In this document: positions 1 through 10,268 of the stretch, piece after piece
Layout: every line of letters begins with the position of its first letter
How positions within the stretch are numbered: position 1 is the stretch's first letter
Assembly: GCA_003225365.1 (NCBI GenBank)
Contig: QHZN01000079.1
Span: forward strand, 2,459-66,458
Source of the DNA: Acidobacteriota bacterium
Lineage (GTDB): Bacteria > Acidobacteriota > Terriglobia > UBA7540
DNA: 64,000 nucleotides
Direction of reading: 5' to 3'
Program-made: the position numbers and the translations under genes
The notes under the pieces: generated by a model
Database searches by the model: none
What the model saw: the letters and a program-made list of their open reading frames with translations, nothing else
What the model was told of the DNA's origin: nothing

Positions 1-1
1 C

Positions 2-406
2 AGCAACGGCTGCTTCGACCTGCTCCATCCGGGCCACACGCGGTACTTGGCGGAAGCGAAGAAGCTGGGCGATGTGCTCGTGGTGGCGGTCAATAGCGAT
101 CGAAGCGTGGGGGAGCTCAAAGGCCCCGGACGGCCGGTTCAAACCGAACGTGAGCGCGCGGAAATCCTCGCCGCCTTGGCCGCCGTGGACGTTGTCACTA
201 TCTTTGACGACCGAACGCCGCGCGCGCTGATCGCCCGAATGCTGCCCGACGTGCTGGTCAAGGGAGGCGACTGGGCGATCAGTGAAATCATTGGGCGAGA
301 GGAAGTGTTGGCGGCCGGAGGCCGGGTTGTCGGCATAGCGCTTTCGCCTGGCTTTTCCTCTTCCCGTCTGATTGAAACTGTTGTTGAAAGGTTCGAAAGC
401 TCTTGA
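2..406 (+). CDS. D-beta-D-heptose 1-phosphate adenylyltransferase (RfaE domain II / HldC-like cytidylyltransferase); 5' end cut by window edge
   Basis: Translation from nt 2 reads [33 protein letters not shown]..., carrying the CFDxxHxGH nucleotidyltransferase motif. The C-terminal VKGGDW block is typical of RfaE-II. Confidence 0.8.
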   Translation, partial: SNGCFDLLHPGHTRYLAEAKKLGDVLVVAVNSDRSVGELKGPGRPVQTERERAEILAALAAVDVVTIFDDRTPRALIARMLPDVLVKGGDWAISEIIGREEVLAAGGRVVGIALSPGFSSSRLIETVVERFESS

Positions 407-3400
407 GTTCGATGCCGCGACTCTCTTCCCTGCTCAATCCTGTCCGCGAAGCGCCGCCTTTGCGCGAGGTTCGGTCCGCGCTGAGCGTTCGAGGCGCACC
501 GATGTGCCTCGGGGGCTTGACCCGCACGGCCAAGGCGCTGATCGTAGCCTCGCTCGGACACGAGCTGGGCTGCCCGATCATCGTTCTCACCTCCGACAAC
601 GAGACCGCGGACCGCCTGTGTTCTGCCACTCGAACTTTTCTTCATTGGCTTGAACCGGAAATCCCGGCGGATGCCGTCGCTTCCTTGCCCGCTTACGACT
701 GCTCGCCTTACGAAAGCCGCTCGCCACATGCGGAGATTGCGGAACGCCGCGCCGTAGCTTTGTGGGGTATCGCGCGGGGCTCGGTTAAGGTCGTAATTTC
801 TCCGCTTCCAGCCGCCCTCGGGCGATTCCGGGAGAGCGCGTACTATGGCTCGCTCGCCGTGGACCTGAAAGTGGGTGACGAGGTGCCCCTCGAAGACTTG
901 GTTTCCCACCTGAACGACGTGGGTTACGAGAACTCCGAGCCGGTCTCGACGGTCGGTCAGTTCTCGTTGCGAGGAGGCATCCTCGACGTTTGCCCACCTT
1001 CCGGCGCGCCGGCGCGGATGGAATTTTTCGGCGACAGACTCGAATCCCTGCGGACTTTCAACTTGAATACCCAGCGCTCTGAAAGGCCTTTGGATCGCGC
1101 ACGGATTCTCCCGCTGATGGAGCACAAACGGACCCCGCAACTTTTTGCCCAATTGATCGAACGGCTTAAGGAGCGAAGCGCCAAGCCTGCGCAGGCAGGC
1201 CGGGAGCCCGATTGGACGCCCGAGTATGCCGGCGCCTTTCCAGGCTGGGAGTTCTACGTCTCTCTGGCGGAGCCGCATCGAAAGGCCCTCTTCGGGCTTT
1301 TCGAGCGGCCATGCCTTGTCTGGGAGGAGCCCGCCGAACGGTTTCAGCAGCTTCGAAGCTGGCGGCAGAATCTGGAGGGGCAATACGAAGAAGTTCGTGA
1401 CGCCGTCCCGGCTCGGCCCCGGCCGGAGGAAATCTTTTTGACAGAGGAGGAATTTGCGATTTCAAATCGAAACGCCGCCTCGTTGTGGTTGCGAGAACTT
1501 CCCTTCGACGCCGCGCCACGCTCCGCCGCAACCGACCTGCCTGCGCAGGCAGACCCGGCGTCGGCAGGAGATAGCCCAGCCTCGTCGGGCCTCGCGAGCG
1601 GCGCGGGGAGAGAATTCGTTTTCGCCTCGCAACCCACGCCGAAGTTTCACGGGGGGCTGAAGCGGCTGATCGAGGAGATCCGAAGCCGCTATGAACGCGG
1701 CGAGCAGTTGATCTTGGTTCTACCCAGCGCCGGAAAGCTCGGCCGTATGTCGGAGGTTCTGACGGACTACCAGCTTCCCTTCGAGGTGGCGGGGGGGGCG
1801 GAGCCTTCCGAATCTCCCGGCGCGCCCGTTGTGGCGCCAAGGAGGCCGGTGGCACTCGTCCGCGGGGAGATTGACGACGGCGTGATTTTCCCCGAGTTCG
1901 GCCTTACGATCTTCACGGACGCGGATCTGTTCGGGGCCGCGCCCCGTGCCGCCCGCGGCGAGCGGCCGCTTGCCGCGAGTTTCCTCTCCGATCTCAACGA
2001 CCTCAAGGTAGGCGACTACGTTGTTCACGTGGACCACGGCATCGGCCTCTACAGAGGTCTGAGGCAAATCGAGGCCGAGGGCCGGCAACGCGATTTTATG
2101 TTCCTGACTTATCAGGAGGACGCGAAGCTTTACGTCCCGCTCGAGCGGCTGGACCTGGTCGAGAAGTACCGCTCGGGCGACGGCGCCAAGCCCCGGCTCG
2201 ACCGGCTGGGCGGCGCCACTTGGGCGCGGACGAAAACGCGTGTCAAGCGCGCGCTGCGGGATATGGCTCAGGAGCTCCTCGGCCTCTATGCCGAACGGAA
2301 GATGCACGGAGGCCACGCCTTCAGCCCTGACACGCCTTGGCAGAAAGAATTCGAACAAGCCTTCGAATTCGAATTGACGCCGGACCAAACGGCCGCGCTG
2401 GCTGAAATCCGCAAAGACCTCGAAAGCCCGGAGCCCATGGACCGTCTGGTCTGCGGCGACGTCGGTTATGGGAAGACGGAACTTGCCATGCGCGCGACCT
2501 TCAAAGTAGTCCAGGACTCGAAACAAGTGGCCGTGCTCGCGCCGACGACGGTGCTGGCGTTCCAGCACTTCAACACCTTTCGCCAGCGCATGTCGGTTTT
2601 CCCCGTCGCCATCGAAATGCTCAGCCGCTTCCGCAGCGCCGCCGCGCAGAAGCGGATTCTCGCCGACACCGAAGCCGGCCGCGTGGATATTCTGGTGGGT
2701 ACGCACCGGATGCTCTCGAACGACGTGCGTTTCCGCGACCTCGGCCTGCTCATTGTGGATGAAGAGCAGCGTTTCGGTGTGGCGGCCAAAGAGCGGCTCA
2801 AAAAGCTCAAGGCGCAAGTGGACTTGTTGACGCTGACCGCGACGCCGATCCCGCGCACGCTCCACATGTCGCTCGGCGGGCTGCGCGACTTGTCAGTGAT
2901 TGAAACGCCGCCGCTCGGCCGCCTGGCGATTCAGACGCTCGTCGCGCCCTTCTCCGACGCCCTCGTGCAGTCGGCGATCCTCCAGGAGATGAACCGGCAA
3001 GGCCAGGCCTTTTTCGTTCACAACCGCGTCGAGTCCATCTTCGGAATGGCGGCGCTCCTCCAGCGGCTGGTGCCGACGGCGCGTATCGGTGTGGCGCACG
3101 GCCAGATGAGCGAAAAGGAATTGGAAAAAGTGATGCTCAAGTTCATGGAGGGCGCCTACGACGTGCTGGCGGCCACCGCGCTCATCGAGAACGGCCTCGA
3201 CATCCCGCGCGCGAACACTATTCTGATCAACCACGCCGACCGCTTCGGGCTCGCCGACCTCTACCAGCTCCGCGGGCGCGTAGGGCGCTCCGACCGCCCC
3301 GCGTACGCCTATCTTCTGGTCCCCTCGGAGGAGTCCCTGACTCCCACGGCGCGCCGGCGCTTGGCCGCGCTCAAAGAATTTTCGGAGCTGGGTTCCGGGC

Positions 3401-3987
3401 TGCGCCTGGCGGCGCTCGACCTCGAACTGCGAGGAGCGGGCAACGTGCTTGGCGCCGAGCAGTCGGGCCACTTGAATGCGGTGGGCATTGAACTTTATCT
3501 GGAAATGCTGGAGGAAACGGTGGCGGAACTGCGCGGCGCCGCCCCTCGGCTCGAGGTCCGCACTTCGCTCAACCTCGGCCTCGACATCAAAATTCCGGTG
3601 AGCTACATCGCCGACGAACGGCAGCGGCTGCTCATGTACAAGCGCATTTCGAGCCTGGCGACAGCCGACGAGCGGGCCGAAATCGAAGCGGAGCTTGCCG
3701 ACCGCTTCGGCCCCGTTCCGCCTTCGGTGGCAAACCTGCTCAATTACGCCCAATTGAAGTCCACAGCCGAGACGCTGATGGTTCAGTCGGTGGAACGCAA
3801 GGCCGACGAAGTCTGGATGCGCTTCCACGAGCAGTCTCCGCTCAGCCCCGAAAAACTGACGCGTTTTCTCCGCCGGCATCAGGGAGCCAGCTTCCGGCCC
3901 GACGGGACCCTGCGCATTCGCATAACGGCGTCGGAAAGCCTGCTCCCGGCGGGAATCGAAAACGCCTTGCGAGAACTCCGCGGTTAG
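403..3987 (+). CDS. mfd: Transcription-repair coupling factor Mfd
   Basis: 1194-aa ORF with a CarD/TRCF-type block ([14 protein letters not shown]) and SF2 helicase motifs GDVGYGKTE and DEEQRFG. The C-terminal TRG-like region is present. The ATGA overlap with the upstream gene suggests translational coupling. Confidence 0.95.
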   Translation: MSSMPRLSSLLNPVREAPPLREVRSALSVRGAPMCLGGLTRTAKALIVASLGHELGCPIIVLTSDNETADRLCSATRTFLHWLEPEIPADAVASLPAYDCSPYESRSPHAEIAERRAVALWGIARGSVKVVISPLPAALGRFRESAYYGSLAVDLKVGDEVPLEDLVSHLNDVGYENSEPVSTVGQFSLRGGILDVCPPSGAPARMEFFGDRLESLRTFNLNTQRSERPLDRARILPLMEHKRTPQLFAQLIERLKERSAKPAQAGREPDWTPEYAGAFPGWEFYVSLAEPHRKALFGLFERPCLVWEEPAERFQQLRSWRQNLEGQYEEVRDAVPARPRPEEIFLTEEEFAISNRNAASLWLRELPFDAAPRSAATDLPAQADPASAGDSPASSGLASGAGREFVFASQPTPKFHGGLKRLIEEIRSRYERGEQLILVLPSAGKLGRMSEVLTDYQLPFEVAGGAEPSESPGAPVVAPRRPVALVRGEIDDGVIFPEFGLTIFTDADLFGAAPRAARGERPLAASFLSDLNDLKVGDYVVHVDHGIGLYRGLRQIEAEGRQRDFMFLTYQEDAKLYVPLERLDLVEKYRSGDGAKPRLDRLGGATWARTKTRVKRALRDMAQELLGLYAERKMHGGHAFSPDTPWQKEFEQAFEFELTPDQTAALAEIRKDLESPEPMDRLVCGDVGYGKTELAMRATFKVVQDSKQVAVLAPTTVLAFQHFNTFRQRMSVFPVAIEMLSRFRSAAAQKRILADTEAGRVDILVGTHRMLSNDVRFRDLGLLIVDEEQRFGVAAKERLKKLKAQVDLLTLTATPIPRTLHMSLGGLRDLSVIETPPLGRLAIQTLVAPFSDALVQSAILQEMNRQGQAFFVHNRVESIFGMAALLQRLVPTARIGVAHGQMSEKELEKVMLKFMEGAYDVLAATALIENGLDIPRANTILINHADRFGLADLYQLRGRVGRSDRPAYAYLLVPSEESLTPTARRRLAALKEFSELGSGLRLAALDLELRGAGNVLGAEQSGHLNAVGIELYLEMLEETVAELRGAAPRLEVRTSLNLGLDIKIPVSYIADERQRLLMYKRISSLATADERAEIEAELADRFGPVPPSVANLLNYAQLKSTAETLMVQSVERKADEVWMRFHEQSPLSPEKLTRFLRRHQGASFRPDGTLRIRITASESLLPAGIENALRELRG

Positions 3988-4091
3988 CTTTAAGATGGAA
4001 TTACGGCTGCTAGTTCGGCACGCGAACCCGCGCCGCAAAGGAGGACATCGCTCTGGAGGGCAATATCATCAAGAGTGGCAAATTCGAAGGA

Positions 4092-5114
4092 ATGATAAAA
4101 CCGGCGGCGATGCTGGCCGCAGCCTTGACGGGAATGCTCTTCGCGGCGGGACCGGCCGGCGCGCGACGCGTGGTTGTGGAGAGGATCATCGCGCGCGTCA
4201 ACGCCAACATCGTCACGCAACGGCAATACGAACGCGAGCTGGAGAAACTCCGCGCGAAGCTGGCGGAGAAGTATTCCGGGGACGAGCTCGAAAAGCAGTT
4301 GCGGGAGCAGAGCCGTAACCAGTTGCGGGATTTGATTGACGAGGACCTCATGGTCCAAAAGGCCAAAGACCTCGACATCAACGTGGACGCCGAGGTGGTC
4401 AAGAAACTGGACGAGATCCGCAAGAGTTTCGGCTTCGCGACGCAGGAAGACCTCCAAAACACGGTCGAGAAGCAAGGGCAGATCTGGGAAGACTTCGTGG
4501 ACGGTTTTAAACGGCAATTGTTGATGCGCGAAGTCATTGGTCGTGAAGTCGGCCGCACCATCATCGTATCGCGCGAAGACGCACGAAAATACTTCGAGCA
4601 GCATAAAGACCAGTTCGCCCACGCGCCCGGAGTCCACTTGGCGGAAATCCTGATCTTGACCGAAAAGCACCCCCTGGACGCCTCCCAGCGCGCTGATGCG
4701 TCCCTTGCGGAAGTCAAGGCCGGCCAACGCTGGGAGGACGTAGTGAAGAAGTATTCCGACGATCCAGGCGACCAACGGGACGGCGACATAGGCTTTATGG
4801 AAGAAGGGACTCTCGCTTCCGGCATCGCCCAGGCCATTGCCAAGGTGGACTCGGGGGAGACGACCAGCGTTATCCCGACCAAGCAGGGATTCCTGATCCT
4901 GAAGGTGCTGGAGCGCCGCAGCGCCGGCCCTGCCAAATTTGAGGAAGTGGACCAGCAGGTGGAAGAATTCCTTTACGACCAGAAGATGCAGCCGGCTCTC
5001 CGCAAGTACCTCCAGGAGCTGCGCAAACAGAGTTACATCTACATCGCCTCGGGTTACATTGACACGGGCGCGGAGCCCTACGCGGAAACCGGATCCACCA
5101 AGACCGGCCAATGA
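4092..5114 (+). CDS. SurA-like periplasmic chaperone / PpiC-type peptidyl-prolyl isomerase
   Basis: N-terminal signal-like segment (MIKPAAMLAAALTGMLFAAGPAGA), a SurA N-domain-like helical region, and a parvulin-like block (VHLAEILIL...GDIGFMEEGTL...GFLILKV). Confidence 0.8.
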   Translation: MIKPAAMLAAALTGMLFAAGPAGARRVVVERIIARVNANIVTQRQYERELEKLRAKLAEKYSGDELEKQLREQSRNQLRDLIDEDLMVQKAKDLDINVDAEVVKKLDEIRKSFGFATQEDLQNTVEKQGQIWEDFVDGFKRQLLMREVIGREVGRTIIVSREDARKYFEQHKDQFAHAPGVHLAEILILTEKHPLDASQRADASLAEVKAGQRWEDVVKKYSDDPGDQRDGDIGFMEEGTLASGIAQAIAKVDSGETTSVIPTKQGFLILKVLERRSAGPAKFEEVDQQVEEFLYDQKMQPALRKYLQELRKQSYIYIASGYIDTGAEPYAETGSTKTGQ

Positions 5115-6076
5115 AGCGCCTTTCCGTCTCTGAGCTCGCGCCCGAAAGCCCCGTCCAGAGCCAATTCCTGGTCCAATCCAAGGAGCGCAAGATCTCGTCG
5201 AACGGCAGCGCCTATCTCGACCTCGAGCTGCGCGACGCGACCGGAGCCATCAAGGCAAAGGTTTGGGATGCCGACCGTCTGCGCGTCGATTTCGAGCCGG
5301 GCGAAGTCGTGCGGGTGGAAGGCCGCGTGGATACTTACAAAGGCGCGCCGCAAATCATCATACGCGCCATCTCGCGCTGCCGAACCGAAGAGGTGAACCT
5401 GCTGGATTTTATGCCCCACAGCCTCGAGGACCCGGAGGCAATGTTCGCGCGCCTTCTCGAGCGGCTCCGGCGGATGCCCGAAGGGCCGCTCAGAAAACTC
5501 CTGCTTGCGGTGGCGGAGGATGACGGCATCGCTCCGAGGCTCAAGCTCGCTCCCGCGGCGACCGCGCTTCACCACGCTTATCTCGGCGGCCTGCTCGAAC
5601 ACGTTTTGTCGTTGGTCGAGCTCGGCGACCGAGTGTGCGACCACTACCCCTGGCTCGACCGCGAACTCGTAGTCGCCGGCCTGGTGCTCCACGATATCGG
5701 AAAGATTGAGGAGCTCGAATACGCGGGCGCATTCCGCTACACCAATCGTGGACAACTGGTGGGCCACATCGTTCTGTCGCTCGAAATCGTCCGCGCGAAG
5801 GCCGCTGCCATCGCAAGCTTCCCAGCCGGCTTGCAGGACCAAATCGAGCACATCCTGCTTTCGCATCATGGCAAACTCGAGTTCGGGTCCCCGAAGGAGC
5901 CGGCATTTCCCGAGGCGCTGGCCGTGCATTACCTCGACGATTTGGATTCAAAGCTCCAGAGCATGCGCGCGCAATACGCCGCCGACTTCGGCCGCCCAGG
6001 GGATTGGACCTCGCGCAACCGCGCGCTCGGTCGCGAACTGTTCAAGCGTCCGACGAAAGGCGGCGGGAAGGAGTAA
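5111..6076 (+). CDS. YhaM-like OB-fold + HD-domain 3'-5' exoribonuclease/phosphohydrolase
   Basis: N-terminal OB-fold-like region (YLDLELRDATGAIKAKVWD...VVRVEGRVDTYKG) is followed by HD-domain motifs (HHAYLGGLLEHVL, LHDIGK, LLSHHGKLEFGSP). The start overlaps the surA-like stop (ATGA). Confidence 0.8.
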   Translation: MKRLSVSELAPESPVQSQFLVQSKERKISSNGSAYLDLELRDATGAIKAKVWDADRLRVDFEPGEVVRVEGRVDTYKGAPQIIIRAISRCRTEEVNLLDFMPHSLEDPEAMFARLLERLRRMPEGPLRKLLLAVAEDDGIAPRLKLAPAATALHHAYLGGLLEHVLSLVELGDRVCDHYPWLDRELVVAGLVLHDIGKIEELEYAGAFRYTNRGQLVGHIVLSLEIVRAKAAAIASFPAGLQDQIEHILLSHHGKLEFGSPKEPAFPEALAVHYLDDLDSKLQSMRAQYAADFGRPGDWTSRNRALGRELFKRPTKGGGKE

Positions 6077-6166
6077 GGAACGCTTTCGCCGGAGCGTCTG
6101 ACGCGCTTCGCCAAAGACTCCGGCGCCAGCGGGACGCCGCCCGGCCCCTGGGAAGCCTAACATCCG

Positions 6167-6583
6167 ATGCGCTCCCGCACCTCGACCCCGCCTCCGGAGC
6201 TTCCACCCCTGGAGCAGGAGTGCATGAAAGTGCTTTGGTCCCGAGGCCAAGGAACAGTGCACGACGTTCGCGCCGAGCTTTTTCCCCGGCGCCCGCTCGC
6301 CTACACGACCGTTGAAACGCTGCTCCAGCGGCTGACGCAGAAAGGTGTCCTGACGCGTGAAAAGCGTGGGCGGCGCCACCTTTACCGGCCGCTGGTGCCG
6401 GCTGAGCTGTTTTGCGAGCGGGCCATTGACCGCGTAGCCCGAGACTTCTTCGGCGGCTCGCGCGACCAACTGCGCCTGCACTTGGGGCGAATGCCCGAGG
6501 GCGGTCTTGGAAACGCCCCTTCGCCGCTCGGCGCACGCGTCCGCCCGCGGCCCAGGCCTCAGCCCCAAGGGGACTCGAACTGA
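6167..6583 (+). CDS. BlaI/MecI/CopY-family winged-helix transcriptional repressor
   Basis: LEQECMKVLWSRGQGTVHDVRAEL...YTTVETLLQRLTQKGVLTREKRGRRHLYRPLV matches the penicillinase-repressor fold pattern. The C-terminal tail is Pro/Arg-rich and low in complexity. Confidence 0.75.
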   Translation: MRSRTSTPPPELPPLEQECMKVLWSRGQGTVHDVRAELFPRRPLAYTTVETLLQRLTQKGVLTREKRGRRHLYRPLVPAELFCERAIDRVARDFFGGSRDQLRLHLGRMPEGGLGNAPSPLGARVRPRPRPQPQGDSN

Positions 6584-7035
6584 TGAGCGAAATGTTCCAA
6601 TCGGCGATTCAACGCCTCATCCCTCACCGCTATCCATTCCTGCTCGTGGATCGCGTCACCGAATTCGTTCCCGGCAAACACATAGCGGGCACGAAAACTA
6701 TCACCGCCAACGAGCCCGCCTGCCTCGGCTTCGACGAGGAGGCTCCGATGGTCCCGGGGACACTGCTCATCGAAATGGTGGCGCAGCTCGGCGCCATCCT
6801 GGTTCTGGAGCGGCCGAACATGCAGGACAAAATCGCCGTCATCCTGCAAATCCCCTCCGCGGCAATGACCAAGCCGGTGCGCGTCGGAGATAAACTCGAA
6901 CTTCGCGCGGAGGTGCTCAAGTTGAAGGAGTCGCTCGGCGAACTCATCGGCCGCGCTACGGTCGGTGGCGAGCTGGTCGCCGAAGGCCAGATGCGCTTTG
7001 CTATCACAGACGCGAAATCCATTCTCCCCCGCTGA
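6583..7035 (+). CDS. FabZ-like hotdog-fold protein (3-hydroxyacyl-ACP dehydratase family) lacking the canonical GHFP histidine
   Basis: LIPHRYPFLLVDRV...TKTITANEP...MVPGTLLIEMVAQLG matches FabZ. The usual F-x-GHFP block is replaced by CLGFDEEAP. The start codon overlaps the blaI-like stop (TGATG). Confidence 0.75.
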   Translation: MSEMFQSAIQRLIPHRYPFLLVDRVTEFVPGKHIAGTKTITANEPACLGFDEEAPMVPGTLLIEMVAQLGAILVLERPNMQDKIAVILQIPSAAMTKPVRVGDKLELRAEVLKLKESLGELIGRATVGGELVAEGQMRFAITDAKSILPR

Positions 7036-7262
7036 GAAACCGCGCGACGGCCTAGCCTTTTCCGCGCTGGCAGGTGTCTGGATTCCCTTCCCGGTCGTCG
7101 TACCTGCGGAGGAGGGGGCCCACTGGGGTTTCACTGCAGCAGGAACCCACTGCCACGGGCGCCAATTTCGGGAAGCTAGCGAAGGTTAAGCTCGAGCCCT
7201 CACGACCCGGACCTGCGCACCGGTTGCTAAACCCGCCGTTTTCCTGCCACAATAGAGCGAGC

Positions 7263-8273
7263 ATGCCGTTTGAAGAACTGAGCATACGCAAGGTGACCCT
7301 CCGCCCCGCGCACATCCTTGCGCCGATGGCCGGAATTACGGACACGGTGTTTCGCCGTTTCATCAAGCGGCTGGGTGGCTGCGGGCTGATCATGACGGAG
7401 TTCGTCTCGAGCGAAGGCATGCTTCGCCGGAACCTCAAATCCGAGCGGTTTCTTTACTACACGGAGGAGGAGCGGCCGATCTCGGCGCAGATTTTCGGCG
7501 CCGAACCCGCGCACCTGGCCGAAGCCGCGCGGATGATCGAGGACCTAGGGTTTGACATGGTGGATTTGAACCTCGGGTGCCCCGCGAAAAAAGTGGTCAA
7601 GTGCGGCGGCTCGGGGCTACTGAGGGACTTGCCGCTTCTCGGGCGAATCTTCCATGGAATCCGTGGTGCGGTGAAAATTCCCTTCACGGTCAAGATTCGT
7701 TCCGGCTGGAGTGACGAGGAAATCGTCGCCGTCGAGGTGGCGAAGCTCGCCGAGGACTCCGGCGTCGAAGCCATCGCGGTCCACCCGCGCACGCGCCTCC
7801 AGGGTTTCAGCGGCCGAGCGCGTTGGGAACTCATCCGCGAGGTCAAGCAGAGCGTCGGAATCCCGGTGATCGGCAACGGCGACGTCCACAAGCCCGAAGA
7901 TGCGCGGGCGCTCTTCGACCAGACCGGCTGCGACGCGGTCATGATTGGCCGGGCCGCGCCCACCAACCCCTGGATGTTTCGCCAGTTGGCGGATTATTTT
8001 TCCGCCGGCCATTACACGGAGCCGACCGACGCCGACCGCTATAGGTTGATCCGGACGTATTATCAGATGCTTGCCGAAGAGGAGATTCCTGGCGCCATCG
8101 GTAAGATGAAACAGTTCGCTAGTTGGTTCACGCACGGCGTTCGGAACGGGGCCGATTTACGGCGGCGAGTGCAAAGCGCCAACCACCCCCGCGAAGTAAT
8201 CACCCTGGTGGATGATTTCTTCGCCGGGCCCGTGACTTCGCCGCCGCTCGCCGAATTCCCCGCGCCACTATAG
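7263..8273 (+). CDS. tRNA-dihydrouridine synthase (DusB-like)
   Basis: LAPMAGITDTVFRRFIKRLGG...DLNLGCPAKKVVK...VKIRSGW...AIAVHPRTR...VIGNGDV are Dus family motifs. I chose the internal ATG at 7263 because homology begins there. Confidence 0.9.
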   Translation: MPFEELSIRKVTLRPAHILAPMAGITDTVFRRFIKRLGGCGLIMTEFVSSEGMLRRNLKSERFLYYTEEERPISAQIFGAEPAHLAEAARMIEDLGFDMVDLNLGCPAKKVVKCGGSGLLRDLPLLGRIFHGIRGAVKIPFTVKIRSGWSDEEIVAVEVAKLAEDSGVEAIAVHPRTRLQGFSGRARWELIREVKQSVGIPVIGNGDVHKPEDARALFDQTGCDAVMIGRAAPTNPWMFRQLADYFSAGHYTEPTDADRYRLIRTYYQMLAEEEIPGAIGKMKQFASWFTHGVRNGADLRRRVQSANHPREVITLVDDFFAGPVTSPPLAEFPAPL

Positions 8274-8295
8274 GCCTGAAAAGAGCAGGGTCCTC

Positions 8296-8625
8296 ATGGA
8301 ACAGCGCGCTCAGCGGCGCACCAAAGCAATGATTCCCGTGCGCCTCAGTGGCACGGACGCTCGGGGAGAGATTTTTGAAGAAACCTTGGAGGCCCAAGAC
8401 GTGAGCCGCCGCGGGCTTTCCGTACTCACCCGCCGCGACCTGGCCGTTTCAAGTACCATCAGCATCGTTATCCCGGGCCGCGGCCGCTTTCAGCCGGGTC
8501 AAGGCCCTTCGGATTTTTTGGTAGACGCCACCGTCGTCCGAGTAGAGAAATCCGGCGACCTCAACCGCATCGCTCTGCGCTTTGTTGGCGCAACGCTCGC
8601 CACCTATTCCGCTGAAACAGTTTGA
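8296..8625 (+). CDS. PilZ-domain protein
   Basis: 109-aa ORF with an RxxxR-like motif (QRRTKAMIPVRL) and a D-x-S-x-x-G motif (DVSRRGLSV), the arrangement typical of PilZ c-di-GMP binding domains. Confidence 0.65.
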   Translation: MEQRAQRRTKAMIPVRLSGTDARGEIFEETLEAQDVSRRGLSVLTRRDLAVSSTISIVIPGRGRFQPGQGPSDFLVDATVVRVEKSGDLNRIALRFVGATLATYSAETV

Positions 8626-8691
8626 GCTCCCCGGATGCTCGGCGTTGCGGCAGGCGGGCAGCGTGTCCGTGCCACTCCGTGACTTTTCCAG

Positions 8692-9576
8692 TCACTTCTG
8701 AAGGCCTTTCTCGAATTGCCACTGACGGTAGGCTTCGCTTTTGGAGATGCCGAGAGAGCGCGCCACGGCCTTGAGAGCCGCTCGTTCGCTGAGCCCCTCT
8801 TCCGCCATGGCTCGTTCGATGGCTTCGCGAACGGAGCCCTGAGCCTCAGGCCGGGCACGTTCGGTTCCGCTGCGGTCGGGGCCGACGAGGACGGTCAGTT
8901 CGCCCTTGACGGGCTTGGCCTTCAGGCGCGCGAGGACTTCCCCGATCCCCCCTCGTAGGAACTCCTCGTAAGTCTTGGTCACTTCGCGCGCCACCGTCGC
9001 AGGCCGCTCGCCCAGCACCGCCAAAACGTCCCTGAGCATTTCGAGTACGCGGTGTGGCGCCTCGTAAAAGATTAGCGTCCCTCCCGCGCGCTTCAGCGTT
9101 TCGAGGGCTTTTCGCCGCGGGCTGCTCTTTCGCGGCAGGAACCCCGCAAAGTGAAATTCGTCCACGGGCAGCCCGGCCGCGGAGAGTGCCGCGACAAACG
9201 CGGTCACGCCAGGCACGGGAATCACGGGGATGCCGTGCCTTACGGCCAGGTGCACCAGCCGGTACCCGGGGTCGGAGATGCCCGGCATGCCGGCGTCTGA
9301 AACCAGGGCGATATGCGAACCTTCCTCCAATTGCAGGACGAGCTCGGGGGCGCGCGTCATCTCGTTGTGCTCGTGGTAGCTTACGGTCGGCGTGCGAATC
9401 GAGTACCGCTGCAAGAGCCGCCCGGTGCGCCGCGTGTCCTCGCAGGCGATGAGATCCACTCCTTTGAGCGTGCTGACGGCCCGGAAAGTTATGTCCTCTA
9501 GGTTGCCGATGGGCGTGCCGACAACATATAACTTGCCGAGCGACTCCGATGAGCGCGTTTGACTGGGTGCCAACAT
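8692..9576 (-). CDS. rsmI: 16S rRNA (cytidine1402-2'-O)-methyltransferase RsmI
   Basis: LYVVGTPIGNLEDITFRAVSTLKGVDLIACEDTRRTGRLLQRY plus SDAGMPGISDPGYRLV are tetrapyrrole-methylase-fold RsmI signatures. Confidence 0.9.
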   Translation of the reverse strand: MLAPSQTRSSESLGKLYVVGTPIGNLEDITFRAVSTLKGVDLIACEDTRRTGRLLQRYSIRTPTVSYHEHNEMTRAPELVLQLEEGSHIALVSDAGMPGISDPGYRLVHLAVRHGIPVIPVPGVTAFVAALSAAGLPVDEFHFAGFLPRKSSPRRKALETLKRAGGTLIFYEAPHRVLEMLRDVLAVLGERPATVAREVTKTYEEFLRGGIGEVLARLKAKPVKGELTVLVGPDRSGTERARPEAQGSVREAIERAMAEEGLSERAALKAVARSLGISKSEAYRQWQFEKGLQK

Positions 9577-9703
9577 TGAAAATCCATTGTGAAGTCTATC
9601 AGTTCACTAATGGCCTTGCCAAGCCGCGAAGGTCCGGTCGCCCGGCTTTGTCGTCGTCTCACGTACTTGGTATAATCTTTAGAGGGGTTCGAGAGGAGGG
9701 CGC

Positions 9704-10009
9704 TTGCCGTTATACGAATATCGCTGCCGGAAGTGCGGGGCGCAGTTCGAGAACATCCAGAAGTTCTCCGACCCCATTTTGACCAAGTGCAAACAGTGCG
9801 GCGGCGAGCTCGAGCGACTGCTCTCTTCGCCCGCCATTCAGTTCAAGGGCACCGGCTGGTACGTCACCGACTATGCAAAGAAGTCGAGTGACGGCGGCGA
9901 AAAGAAAACCGAGCCCCCCGCAGTATTAGAATCGAAATCGGAAACCAAGAAATCCTCCGAGCCCGCCCCTCCGGCGAAAGCGGTTGAGCCAAAACGTTCG
10001 AAGAAGTAG
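9704..10009 (+). CDS. FmdB-family zinc-ribbon protein
   Basis: (TTG)PLYEYRCRKCGAQFE...TKCKQCGGEL carries two CxxC pairs. The C-terminal tail is Lys/Ser/Pro-rich. Confidence 0.8.
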   Translation: MPLYEYRCRKCGAQFENIQKFSDPILTKCKQCGGELERLLSSPAIQFKGTGWYVTDYAKKSSDGGEKKTEPPAVLESKSETKKSSEPAPPAKAVEPKRSKK

Positions 10010-10031
10010 GGGCGATTCATGAATCGCCCCT
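10008..10031. terminator. Perfect 24-nt palindrome immediately after the FmdB-like stop; possible terminator hairpin
   Basis: AGGGGCGATTCATGAATCGCCCCT forms an 11-bp stem. There is no clear U-tract, so factor-independent termination is uncertain. Confidence 0.4.
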
Positions 10032-10268
10032 ACTCGAAGACGACCGCCAAACGCCGCCAGGTCCACTTCAACTGCGGCGGCAAAAAAATCGCCGAGGCCG
10101 CAACCGCCATCAAGAACCACAGCGTGAGGCTCACCTCACAAGGCGTCGAATCCGGGCGGTCATTTAATTGCCCGCGTAAAAAGGGGTGGGCACATGGGTC
10201 CGCCCCTGCTCAAACCGAGCCTGCGATGGGAGACATGACCGCTATGACAGGGTTCCTCGGCCAGCGCC

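Noticed and set aside
139-5111. Long antisense ORFs opposite mfd and the surA-like gene (139..1383, 1720..2865, 2893..4038 and 3990..5111, all minus strand).
   Set aside because: These are typical high-GC shadow ORFs. Their composition is Arg/Gly/Pro/Ala-rich and low in complexity, they carry no family motifs, and they fully overlap genes with strong homology on the other strand.
10040-10145. Possible 35-aa hydrophobic peptide on the minus strand (GTG start, ..SLTLWFLMAVAASAIFLPPQLKWTWRRLAVVFE*).
   Set aside because: It is too short, has no RBS I can point to, and has no known family. It cannot be told apart from chance.
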